Below, one piece after another: positions 1 through 9,180 of a stretch of 64,000 nt of DNA. Source of the stretch: a virus. Below the pieces are notes generated by a model. That model saw only the letters and a list, made by a program, of their open reading frames with translations, was not told the DNA's origin and ran no database searches. The stretch is taken from the IMG/VR virus record IMGVR_UViG_3300050014_000619; one strand, written 5' to 3'. A program made the translations under genes and the position numbers. Each line of letters begins with the position of its first letter. The stretch's first letter is position 1.

Positions 1-112
1 TTTTCATTTTATGATGTTTTTAAATAAATTCTTTTGTATTTATTGTAAAGTAAACCGATCAGAAATGGTCGGATTGCTAATTAAGGGTACGGCTTATAAG
101 TTACGAGTTTTT

Positions 113-733
113 ATGAAAGAAATGTACACATATAATAAAAATTATAATTCATTTTTTGATGGTGAATTAAATGTTCTTGAAATTAATCGAGAAAAAAAGA
201 ACAAATCTTTAACTACAAATGAATTTATAAAAAAAGCAAAAGAAGTTCATGGAAATAAATATGATTATTCGTCATGCTCTTATATTGCTTTTTCAAAAAA
301 AGTATGTATTTTTTGTAATAAACACAAGTCTTTTTTTTGGCAAACACCTACAAATCATTTAAGTGGATATGGCTGTCCTGATTGTGGATATCATAGAACA
401 AATTTTTCTTCTGCGGAAGAAGAAATAAAAGAATATTTAATTAAAAACAATATTGAATTTATTCATCAAAAAAGATTTGATGATTGTAAAGCACAAAAGA
501 AACTAATTTTTGATTTTTATTTACCAAGGCATAATACATTAATTGAATATGATGGAGAACAACATTATATTGAAGTTTCAATTTGGGGTGGGAAACTTGG
601 ATTAGAAAAAAGACAATTTAACGATAAAATTAAAACAGAATATGCAACAAGTAAGGGTTATAAATTATTGCGTATTCCATATACTGAAAGATTATTTCTT
701 TCTGAAGTGTTAAAAAATAATATAGCAATTTAA
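113..733 (+). mobile_element. Free-standing homing-endonuclease-like gene (Zn-binding repeat + Vsr/DUF559-like PD-(D/E)XK domain)
   Basis: KAKEVHGNKYDYS..C..H..CPDC module, then FDFYLP..LIEYDGEQH..LLRIPY. Paralogue of 36253 and 56405. ATG 113 preferred over 11 because the GTATTTAT motif lies at 36-43. Confidence 0.75.
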
Positions 734-746
734 TAAATAAAAACAT

Positions 747-1868
747 ATGGCATTTTTCGCACGTCCAAATTTAGAAGACCTACAATTTAAGCAATTAGGC
801 GAAAGCACATTGACACTATCTGGTCAAACAAGAATATCAACACCGACTGGTTTAACGTTAACCGATGGCATTGGAGGTTATAGACCAATAGTTGCTACAG
901 GGGGAACACAGTATGATGTATTGACCTTAGTTGGTAGTAATATCGTATTAAAACCATCAAGTGCATCTGGTGGCACTGGTGTATATTTATGTGCCTCACC
1001 AACAACCTGCACTGTGGGTGGATTACCTGCAGGTACTGCAATTAGTGGTTGTACACTTAGCTACATTCTCCAAAAAATATTAGTTCCAACAGTACCACCA
1101 GCAGTAACACCACCTTCACATAGTGCATTTATTGTCAGTCCGTCAACAGCAGTTTATGAAGTGGGTACATCAATTTCACTTTGTGTTACTTCTTGTTTTG
1201 ATAGAGGTTGTATTTCACCACAATATTGTGGAGCTTGCTGTTTCAGAAGTGGATTACCAACTTCTTATTGTTATACAGATTTTGGTGTTCCAACAGGTAT
1301 TACGTCATCGGCTTGTTGTAATTGTCATGTATTAACTCCACATGCAGTTACTAATGGTAATAATTTAGTATCAGGTTCAGTTAGTTTTGCTTCTGGAGCA
1401 ACACCAGCTTATGATAGTACTGGTGGTACATTCTGTACAACCTTACCTGCAGGTACAACTACTCCTGCCAGAACATGTACTATTTGTGGTTTATATCCAT
1501 ACTTTTATGGCAGTAGTGTCGGTGCACCAGTTGTAGGTCAAGCACTTATTAACAGTGGTACTAAAGTAGTTTTCGATACTAATAACGACATTGCAGTAAA
1601 CTTTAATGTTTCAGGCACAACTAAATATTTATGGTTAGCTGTTCCATCGGGTTCGACATTAACAATTAAACACAAATGGGTCGGTTCAAATGCACCATCA
1701 ACAAACACCGAACCTATACCGGGTGGATTATTTAATGCACCAACTACATGTGTTATTAATGAACCAACCAGTTTATGGGTTACTTATCCATATAGATTTT
1801 ACGTTAGTAATTACGCAACAAATACTTATTCTTCAGGATTTTACTCATTAACATTTAAAAACAGTTAA
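747..1868 (+). CDS. Virion structural/tail-fibre-associated protein, Thr/Gly/Cys-rich
   Basis: Beta-rich composition; paralogue of 6331..7554 (CTVGGL, F.RG.I.PQYC...FRSG, G.YPY.(Y/W)G). Confidence 0.65.
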   Translation: MAFFARPNLEDLQFKQLGESTLTLSGQTRISTPTGLTLTDGIGGYRPIVATGGTQYDVLTLVGSNIVLKPSSASGGTGVYLCASPTTCTVGGLPAGTAISGCTLSYILQKILVPTVPPAVTPPSHSAFIVSPSTAVYEVGTSISLCVTSCFDRGCISPQYCGACCFRSGLPTSYCYTDFGVPTGITSSACCNCHVLTPHAVTNGNNLVSGSVSFASGATPAYDSTGGTFCTTLPAGTTTPARTCTICGLYPYFYGSSVGAPVVGQALINSGTKVVFDTNNDIAVNFNVSGTTKYLWLAVPSGSTLTIKHKWVGSNAPSTNTEPIPGGLFNAPTTCVINEPTSLWVTYPYRFYVSNYATNTYSSGFYSLTFKNS

Positions 1869-1870
1869 TT

Positions 1871-3598
1871 ATGTCAATACAATTAAACTCAAATTTAAAA
1901 ATAGCTGCACCTGCTTCCGCAGATAAGCGTTATCTAAGTGAAAGAACATTAAGTGGTTCTCCATTGCCATATTCAGCAACGACTGAAGTATTTTCTACAA
2001 TTCCATTAAGTGAGAGACACAGTGGATTAACTGTTTTTATTACCACAGGTGGAACAAATCTTGAATTTTGGTTTAAGGATGGTGTTAGTAATGGCAGTTT
2101 AATTCAAAAGAAATATGATTCAGTTATCCAAACGGCTTCTTTTGTTACTGGTGCAACAAACTTAGGATTTTTTACTGGACAGACAGGTATACAGGTATTA
2201 CCGATTACTCATTTAACGCTTCCTGCACAATATAGTGGTAACTATGCTTTATTATATAATTTTTATTACAGGGGAACTGATGGTATAATTCATATTGGCG
2301 TTCCAGCAGATAATATTCCCAAAAGAGGTTATGTTAAAACAACAGCACCTGTTCAATCATGGCTTTGGAATGACGATACAAGTGGTTCATTACAAGTTGG
2401 GTGGCTTTTAGTTAATGGTGATATTTCTTTGGAAATCGGACAGGCAATAAGTGGTGTAGCATATTATCCACCAGCAACTGCATATGTAAACACTTCTTGG
2501 ACAAATATTTCATATAATAATGGCTCAAATGTTGTTATAGGCACTGTTCTTGGTAGTTTAACTACTGGTAGTACAATTTCTATAGGTGGACCTCATTTTG
2601 CATTCAAAGAACATAATAATCTACACCTTAGAACATTAATGACAAAAACTCCGAACTTAATTGCCATTTCTTATGATGAGGCATTTATTTATTTATCTGG
2701 AACTACCGCAAATGCTGTTATTAATGCAAGCAATGGTCTGAACAAAATAGGCACTACTGTAAGACTTGGCGGTACATTAACTGGTACAACCACAATAACT
2801 GATGCACGTATTGCTTCTGGACGAACAGGTATTGAATATGGCGGTGATTATAGTGCATCATATACTGATCGTTCACTCGTTGATAGAGGCTATGTTAAGT
2901 CAGTTACCTCAACTAGTACTTCAGGTCAAAGGGTAACTAAATTCATTTGTCAGGTTGCTCATGGTTTCAACGTACAAAATGTTGTTGGTTGGAGTGGTGG
3001 AACATATAATAAAGCGATTGCTAATGGTTTATATGATGGTGAGGTTATTGGTTTGGTAACTAAATGTTATAATGCCGATTGTTTTGATTTAACACAAGAA
3101 GGCTATGTTACGGGTTTAACTGGATTAGCTACAAGCACCACATACTTTTTAAGTGATGTTACAGCAGGATTAATGACTTCTACACAACCAGTAGTCAATG
3201 GTCATATTGTTAAATCAGTTATGATTGCAGATTCAGCAGTAAGTGGCTGGGTATTACCATATGCTGGCTACATAATATCAAGTGGTACAGGCGGTCCACT
3301 CGTTAAGAGCGTTTGTAATCCAACAGGTGCAACATATCAAATGTTACAAAATGACTTTTATGTTGGTGCATGTTGTGGTACTCTTATTATATTACCATTA
3401 GCACCGCCAACTGGTATGGTAGCGGTAGTCGCTGACATTAGTTGTTTAGCTGCAGCAAATCCAATTACTATTGCAGGTCCGCTCAGTAATGGTCAGGTGC
3501 AATCACAAATTAATAGTAACTCAGGTTCATTATCGTATATCTTTAATGGTAATAAATGGAGCGTATTTGCATTTGTTGATACACCAGTACCTGTTTAA
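1871..3598 (+). CDS. Tail-fibre-like structural protein
   Basis: N-terminus paralogous to 7566; contains the NGL..LGG.LTG / YGGDYS..YT.RSLVD module; C-terminal IILPLAPPTG..V.D small beta domain. Confidence 0.65.
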   Translation: MSIQLNSNLKIAAPASADKRYLSERTLSGSPLPYSATTEVFSTIPLSERHSGLTVFITTGGTNLEFWFKDGVSNGSLIQKKYDSVIQTASFVTGATNLGFFTGQTGIQVLPITHLTLPAQYSGNYALLYNFYYRGTDGIIHIGVPADNIPKRGYVKTTAPVQSWLWNDDTSGSLQVGWLLVNGDISLEIGQAISGVAYYPPATAYVNTSWTNISYNNGSNVVIGTVLGSLTTGSTISIGGPHFAFKEHNNLHLRTLMTKTPNLIAISYDEAFIYLSGTTANAVINASNGLNKIGTTVRLGGTLTGTTTITDARIASGRTGIEYGGDYSASYTDRSLVDRGYVKSVTSTSTSGQRVTKFICQVAHGFNVQNVVGWSGGTYNKAIANGLYDGEVIGLVTKCYNADCFDLTQEGYVTGLTGLATSTTYFLSDVTAGLMTSTQPVVNGHIVKSVMIADSAVSGWVLPYAGYIISSGTGGPLVKSVCNPTGATYQMLQNDFYVGACCGTLIILPLAPPTGMVAVVADISCLAAANPITIAGPLSNGQVQSQINSNSGSLSYIFNGNKWSVFAFVDTPVPV

Positions 3599-3617
3599 TA
3601 TTAATTAATGTGATAAT

Positions 3618-4487
3618 ATGCCACCACTAATATTTAAAACATTACAGACTCTAGCTAATGCTGGATTTACACAGTTATCGGGTCAGACATTATCATTATC
3701 TGGTACTACGATAATTGGTAATTCAGGTAGATTCAAATATGCAACTGATCAGCACAGTATATATACTGCTCGTTCGATTGTTGACGCTTCTTATGTAACA
3801 GGGCAGACAGCAATTATTAAAAATATTGGGGCAAATCAACAAATAATCTTCAGAGATACTGGTGGAATTACTGGTGCTACGCATTTTCTATATAATAAAG
3901 TCTTACCGAGTTTGAGCTTTGGTAGCAATAATTGTGCACATGCAATTGATTCTGCAGTTATTGGTGGTAGAAATAATATCATTACTTCAGGAAATACTGG
4001 TTCAACGATCTTTGGGGGTAGTGATATTGTCCTGAGTGCTGCAACTTATTGCCGAACAGTTGTTGTGCCAAATCTGGTGATCTGGGAAACTCCACAAGGT
4101 TCTGGAACATTACTTAATTGGAATTCCCTAACCAAAAAAGTTTATCTTGCAAATTCAAGCGGTGGAACGGGTGGAGATAAAAACAATGTTTATTCAAAAA
4201 CAATAATTAGTGGTTCAACAGGATTGACCTCTGGAAGTACTTATGTAATTCTGGTCTCAGGAATTACTTCAACTACCATTACATTACCCACAACCCCAAT
4301 GCCTGATCAGGCATTTAAGATCAAAGATGCTTGTGGTAATGCATTAATTAATAACATTATAATCGATGCTGGTGTCGGTAGAACTATTGATGATTCACGA
4401 TGTGCGGTAATCAATACTGATTATGGTGCTGTTGAACTAATGTTAGGTAGTACTTGTAAATGGTTCACTCTGGGCTTTCTTAATTAA
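3618..4487 (+). CDS. Tail-fibre-like structural protein
   Basis: QLSGQTLSLSG N-terminal motif shared with 747 and 6331; SAVIGG.NN repeat; C-terminal TITLP..FKIKDACGNA..NI.I domain. Confidence 0.6.
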   Translation: MPPLIFKTLQTLANAGFTQLSGQTLSLSGTTIIGNSGRFKYATDQHSIYTARSIVDASYVTGQTAIIKNIGANQQIIFRDTGGITGATHFLYNKVLPSLSFGSNNCAHAIDSAVIGGRNNIITSGNTGSTIFGGSDIVLSAATYCRTVVVPNLVIWETPQGSGTLLNWNSLTKKVYLANSSGGTGGDKNNVYSKTIISGSTGLTSGSTYVILVSGITSTTITLPTTPMPDQAFKIKDACGNALINNIIIDAGVGRTIDDSRCAVINTDYGAVELMLGSTCKWFTLGFLN

Positions 4488-4550
4488 AAATTAAATTCAG
4501 AAATATTTTTTATTTTTTCCTTTTTATTTTGGTTTTTTACGTTTATATTA

Positions 4551-4558
4551 GTATTTAT
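4551..4558 (+). promoter_or_regulatory. Putative phage late promoter motif GTATTTAT
   Basis: One of about 22 strand-matched copies upstream of starts. Confidence 0.65.
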
Positions 4559-4581
4559 AAAAAAATATAAAAAATTATAAT

Positions 4582-5286
4582 ATGGCTGTTGTTTATATTT
4601 ACGGATTAATTGACCCCAGAAATAAATTAACTATTGAAAATGTTCGATATGTTGGAAAAACAAAGAATGAAATTAATCGTAGATTATCAAAACATGTTGA
4701 AGACAGTAAAACAGGAATCGCACCAATTCATAAATGGATTCGTAAAATGAAATTGGATGATCAAAGACCCGTTTATATTATACTCGAAGAATGTGACGAA
4801 AATACTTGGAAGAATAGTGAGAGAAAATATATTGAGTTGTTGCGTAAAACAAATCGTTTATTAAACGTTAGTGACGGTGGAGAAGAGGCTGGAAATTATT
4901 ATCACCCTTCGATTGAATTATATTGTTATGATGAAAATGGTGACTTTAAAATAAAATATTTGTCAATGACAGAAGCATGTAATGATGTTCATGTTAGTAT
5001 GTCTAAAATATCATTGGCTTTAAATCAAAAAACAAATAAAAGTTCCGCAGGTTATTATTGGTTTACAACACCACAAGAAAAAGAAAACATAGTATTTAGA
5101 AAAGCAGCAAGAAGAAATATACCAATTGTTCAAAAAACATTAAATGGTGAATTTATTGCTGACTTTAGTGGTCAAGGCGAAGCAGAAAAATTAACAGGTA
5201 TAAGTTCAAAATTAATAAATAAGTGTTTAAGAATACCAACATATTCACAAACTAATGGGTATGTGTGGGAATATAAAAATAATTAA
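4582..5286 (+). mobile_element. GIY-YIG homing endonuclease with C-terminal NUMOD1-like repeats
   Basis: YIYGLIDPR..RYVGKT..R..H, LLNVSDGG; two repeats ending SAGYYW and TNGYVW. Confidence 0.85.
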
Positions 5287-5304
5287 AATAAATAAATTCG
5301 CATT

Positions 5305-6216
5305 ATGAAAAATGATGGTTCAATAAAAGAAGGTGATAAATTTTGTGTATTTCATTCAGAAGGTGGTCATGGTAAGCAAGTTGCAGCAACTGCTGTTTGC
5401 AGAGCAATAAAAAAAGCATATCCAGATAGAAAATTAATAGTGGTAACGGCTTGGGACGGACCGTTCTTTTATAATCCTGATGTATGGCGTTTTTATACAT
5501 TTGGACAAATGCAGTACTTTTTTGATGATTATGTTAATGCAGATACAAAAATATTCAGACAGGAAGTTTACTTCAGCGAAGATCATATATTACAAAGAAA
5601 ACATCTTACACAATCTTGGTGTGATATGTATGGTATACCTTATGATGGTTATAAGCCAAAAATCTATTTGAATGCAAGAGAGCTTGAAATAGCAAGAGAT
5701 AAGATAAAACCAGATAACAGACCCATAATGTTATTACAAACGCATGGTGGCAGTCCTACGGGGCAATACAGCAAAAAATCATGGTACAGGGATATGCCAA
5801 TTGAAATAGCACAGAAACTCGTGAACTATTTCAGTAAATCATATAGAATATTACATGTTAAATCACCTGAACAACCGATCTTACAAGGCGTTGAACCTCT
5901 GACATTACCATATAGAGAACTTTATGCTTGTTTTCCTCTTTCAACCAAAAGACTTTTCATTGATAGTTTTGCACAACACGTAGCTGCTGCACTTGATCTT
6001 CAATCAACCGTTGTATGGATTGGAAATAAACCCGAAGTATTTGGTTATCCAGAACATATAAATGTACAGCCAAGCGCAAATTATATTCGTGAACTCAATA
6101 AATTCAGTTATCTCGAACAATTCGATATTTCAGGACAGATACAGCAATTTCCTTATGATACTGTAAATGTTTTTGATATTAATAAGATTATCGAAGCCGT
6201 TAACAAACAAAAATAG
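5305..6216 (+). CDS. GT-B glycosyltransferase, GT9 (heptosyltransferase)-like
   Basis: N-terminal EGGHGK..ATAVCRAIKKAYPDRKLIVVT and C-terminal FIDSFAQHVAAALDL.STVVW..PEVFGY resemble GT9 motifs. Confidence 0.75.
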   Translation: MKNDGSIKEGDKFCVFHSEGGHGKQVAATAVCRAIKKAYPDRKLIVVTAWDGPFFYNPDVWRFYTFGQMQYFFDDYVNADTKIFRQEVYFSEDHILQRKHLTQSWCDMYGIPYDGYKPKIYLNARELEIARDKIKPDNRPIMLLQTHGGSPTGQYSKKSWYRDMPIEIAQKLVNYFSKSYRILHVKSPEQPILQGVEPLTLPYRELYACFPLSTKRLFIDSFAQHVAAALDLQSTVVWIGNKPEVFGYPEHINVQPSANYIRELNKFSYLEQFDISGQIQQFPYDTVNVFDINKIIEAVNKQK

Positions 6217-6242
6217 TAGCCATATTTTTATTGTTTTTTTAG

Positions 6243-6272
6243 ACCCACCGAAATTCGGTGGGTTTTTCTTTT
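6243..6272 (+). terminator. Rho-independent terminator
   Basis: ACCCACCG-aaatt-CGGTGGGT followed by a T-tract. Confidence 0.85.
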
Positions 6273-6301
6273 GTACAGTACTAACTAACTTTATTTTAAA
6301 A

Positions 6302-6309
6302 GTATTTAT
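6302..6309 (+). promoter_or_regulatory. Putative late promoter GTATTTAT
   Basis: Between terminator and start 6331. Confidence 0.65.
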
Positions 6310-6330
6310 CAATAATACATATAAGATAAA

Positions 6331-7554
6331 ATGGCATTTGGTACAAAAATTAATCTAAACGATAGTAAATCGCAACAACTTTCAGGTCAAACACTGAGTT
6401 TATCTGGCATAACACATACCTATGGTCAATTAATTGTAAATAGTGGTGCAACATTAACCATATTACCAAATCACGCAGTAGGTAAAGTGCTGACTTCAGA
6501 TGCTCTGGGTGTTGCTACTTGGGAGATTTTAACTATACCATTTAGTGGAATTACTGGTGCAATTTCAGGTAATACAACATTACAGAATGAATTTAACACC
6601 AAAACAAACACAAGTACATTTAACACCTATACAGGCACAACTGCACCGAACACTTATGTATGTAAGGCAGATTATAACGCATTCACTGGTGTGACATATA
6701 AATATAATCTCGATAGTCCTTCGGTGTGTACCGTTGGTGGTTTATTGGCTGGAAGTATATTAACGGGCAAAACAGCATTTGAAATACTCTCAGCAATATT
6801 AGTTCCTGAATTATTTGGAGTATTAACGAATCCTTCAAGTTCAATAAGCGCAAGTCCATCAGGTACTTTTGAAATTGGTTGCACAATTGCTACATTATGT
6901 ATTACTGGTAGCTTTAATAGAGGTTCAATAACTCCACAATATTGTAGTGCATCTCCTTTCAGAAGTGGTGCTGCAAACACATATTGTTTCAGTGGTTGCC
7001 AAATTGTTGGTTCGTATTCATGCAGCACGTCACCAGTAATTAAATGTGCAACAAACTATGTTATATGTGCAACCCAAACTTGGGGAGTATGTGTGGCTTA
7101 TGACTGTGGTGTACAACCTAAAGGAAGTAAAGGTACAAACTTTAACTCACCATTAATCGCTGGTACATCAAATACTGCAGGTGTAACACTTTCAGGTATT
7201 TATCCATATTATTGGGGTAAACTTACAAGTGGTAGTCGTCCAGCAGTAACAAATAGTCTTGTGACAGGTGGAACTAAAGTAGTTGCTGTCAGTACAGGCG
7301 TGCTTCCAATTAATTACAATAGTGCATCAAACGAATATACATGGCTTGCAATACCAGCTACAACAGCATCAAAGACCTGTTGGTTTGTAAATGCCCTTGA
7401 TAATGGTAGAGTAAATAATTCTCCAAGTGATAAGTATCCAGATGAATGTCAATTATGTATTAGTTCTGGTCAGGGATGCTGGACAAATATATGTTATAAA
7501 GTTTATATGAGTGGAACTGTTGGTGCAATAAGTGCCACATTATGTTTTAGTTAA
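6331..7554 (+). CDS. Virion structural protein, paralogue of 747..1868
   Basis: Shared motifs with 747; GKVLTSDALGVATW fibre segment; TYTGTTAPN.YVCK shared with 14636. Confidence 0.65.
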   Translation: MAFGTKINLNDSKSQQLSGQTLSLSGITHTYGQLIVNSGATLTILPNHAVGKVLTSDALGVATWEILTIPFSGITGAISGNTTLQNEFNTKTNTSTFNTYTGTTAPNTYVCKADYNAFTGVTYKYNLDSPSVCTVGGLLAGSILTGKTAFEILSAILVPELFGVLTNPSSSISASPSGTFEIGCTIATLCITGSFNRGSITPQYCSASPFRSGAANTYCFSGCQIVGSYSCSTSPVIKCATNYVICATQTWGVCVAYDCGVQPKGSKGTNFNSPLIAGTSNTAGVTLSGIYPYYWGKLTSGSRPAVTNSLVTGGTKVVAVSTGVLPINYNSASNEYTWLAIPATTASKTCWFVNALDNGRVNNSPSDKYPDECQLCISSGQGCWTNICYKVYMSGTVGAISATLCFS

Positions 7555-7565
7555 AAGAATAAAAA

Positions 7566-9131
7566 ATGGCAATTAATTTAAGTGATAATATTCATGTTAG
7601 TGCTCCAAAGCCAGTTGAGAGTAAATATTTAAATATTACTCTTCCATATAGTACTTGTACTCAAGTTAATACATGTATTCCAGCAGGTGAAAGATACACT
7701 GGTTTAACTGTTAATATATTAGGAAGTGAATATTGGTATAAGAACGGTACTACAGATGCTTGTTTAGTTAGTAAATCTGGCGGTGGCGGTACAATAACTG
7801 GTGCAACAAATGGTTTGAGCACATCAGGTATGAATATTGCATTGGGTGGTGTATTAACTTGTCATACAAGTATTGATGGTAATTCAGGTACTTATAACTT
7901 GAATATTTGTAATTTAAATGCTTTCAACCTTGGATTCGATAACGTATCGTTAATAACTGATAATGGAAATAATGGTGGTATAAGATATGCTGCAGATTAT
8001 AGTGTATTTTATACTGATCGTTCACTTGTTGATAAAGCCTATGTTAATAGTGTTGCAACTGGATTGAATATTCACGCAGCAGTAGAAGTTGCAACAACAA
8101 CAGGTATTACTTTAAGTGGTACTTCTCAAACAATTGATGGCATTCCAGTTACTTCAATTATTGCCGTAAATAATAGAATTTTAGTTAAAAATCAAGTAAG
8201 TGGTCAAACCAATGGTATATATAGTGCTTCAACAGGTATGTGGGGTCGTACAAGTGATTATTATACCAATACTCAGGTAACAAATGGTGACTTGATTCCC
8301 GTTACAAGTGGTAATACTCAAAATAGCAGTATTTGGGCATTAACAACACTTGAACCAATTACGGTAGGTGTTACTCCGTTAATGTTTACGCAATTCTCAA
8401 CCGTTATTGATGTTCAAGAAGGACAGGGTATTGCTGTTACCCAAGTAGGCGGTGTGCATACAGTTTGTGTAAAATTAGGTACATGCACTGGAAGTGGTTG
8501 TGGTTTGGCTGTTGATGGAAATGGACTATGTGTAAGTGCAAGTATTGCTGGTACTGGATTAACATATAGTGGTGGTAAACTTAATATCAATGCTGCAAAC
8601 TGTGGTGCTGTCAGTGCAATCCCCGTGGGATATAATGTCGGTAATTGTCTCGTAGTTGCCAGTACGGACATCGCTACAGTTATTGATACTGAATGTTATA
8701 TTTGTTCAGCAGTAAATGGATTGTCAAAAATAGATAATCATACTGTATCGCTTGGTGGCACAATAACAGGCATAACCCAAATATGTGATTCACGTCTTTC
8801 ACCAGCAGGTATTGAATATGGTGCTGATTATAGTGCCACATATACTGCTCGATCATTGGTTGACTGTGGATTTGTATTTTCAAAAACATCTGGTGTTACT
8901 GGTTGTGCTTCAGTATCAGTGCTTACAATTACTGGTAATAGTACTAATACTGGATTTACAGTTACACATAATAAAAATAAAACATTTGTTGCTGTTGAGG
9001 TTGTGAAGAATACCAGTCCATATCCAACTATTTATACAAGTGTAAGCCGACCAACAACAAATACCGTTTGTGTAATGTTTGATACTGCACCATTGGCAGG
9101 TCAGCAATATAAAATATTAATAACGGGTTAA
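7566..9131 (+). CDS. Tail-fibre-like protein, N-terminus paralogous to 1871..3598
   Basis: VATT..ITLSG.QTIDG..RILVKNQ...NGIY fibre domain; two copies of the shared module; C-terminal VTHN..V.V...T.NTV.V.F domain. Confidence 0.7.
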   Translation: MAINLSDNIHVSAPKPVESKYLNITLPYSTCTQVNTCIPAGERYTGLTVNILGSEYWYKNGTTDACLVSKSGGGGTITGATNGLSTSGMNIALGGVLTCHTSIDGNSGTYNLNICNLNAFNLGFDNVSLITDNGNNGGIRYAADYSVFYTDRSLVDKAYVNSVATGLNIHAAVEVATTTGITLSGTSQTIDGIPVTSIIAVNNRILVKNQVSGQTNGIYSASTGMWGRTSDYYTNTQVTNGDLIPVTSGNTQNSSIWALTTLEPITVGVTPLMFTQFSTVIDVQEGQGIAVTQVGGVHTVCVKLGTCTGSGCGLAVDGNGLCVSASIAGTGLTYSGGKLNINAANCGAVSAIPVGYNVGNCLVVASTDIATVIDTECYICSAVNGLSKIDNHTVSLGGTITGITQICDSRLSPAGIEYGADYSATYTARSLVDCGFVFSKTSGVTGCASVSVLTITGNSTNTGFTVTHNKNKTFVAVEVVKNTSPYPTIYTSVSRPTTNTVCVMFDTAPLAGQQYKILITG

Positions 9132-9155
9132 TTAAAAACTAAGACAGATATTATA

Positions 9156-9163
9156 GTATTTAT
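9156..9163 (+). promoter_or_regulatory. Putative late promoter GTATTTAT
   Basis: Upstream of 9181. Confidence 0.65.
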
Positions 9164-9180
9164 ATAAAAACGAAACAAAA

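Noticed and set aside
44-112. c-di-GMP-I riboswitch
   Set aside because: Only loose resemblance (GTAAACC..GAAA..GGATTGC); no convincing second stem or receptor; kept only as a generic hairpin
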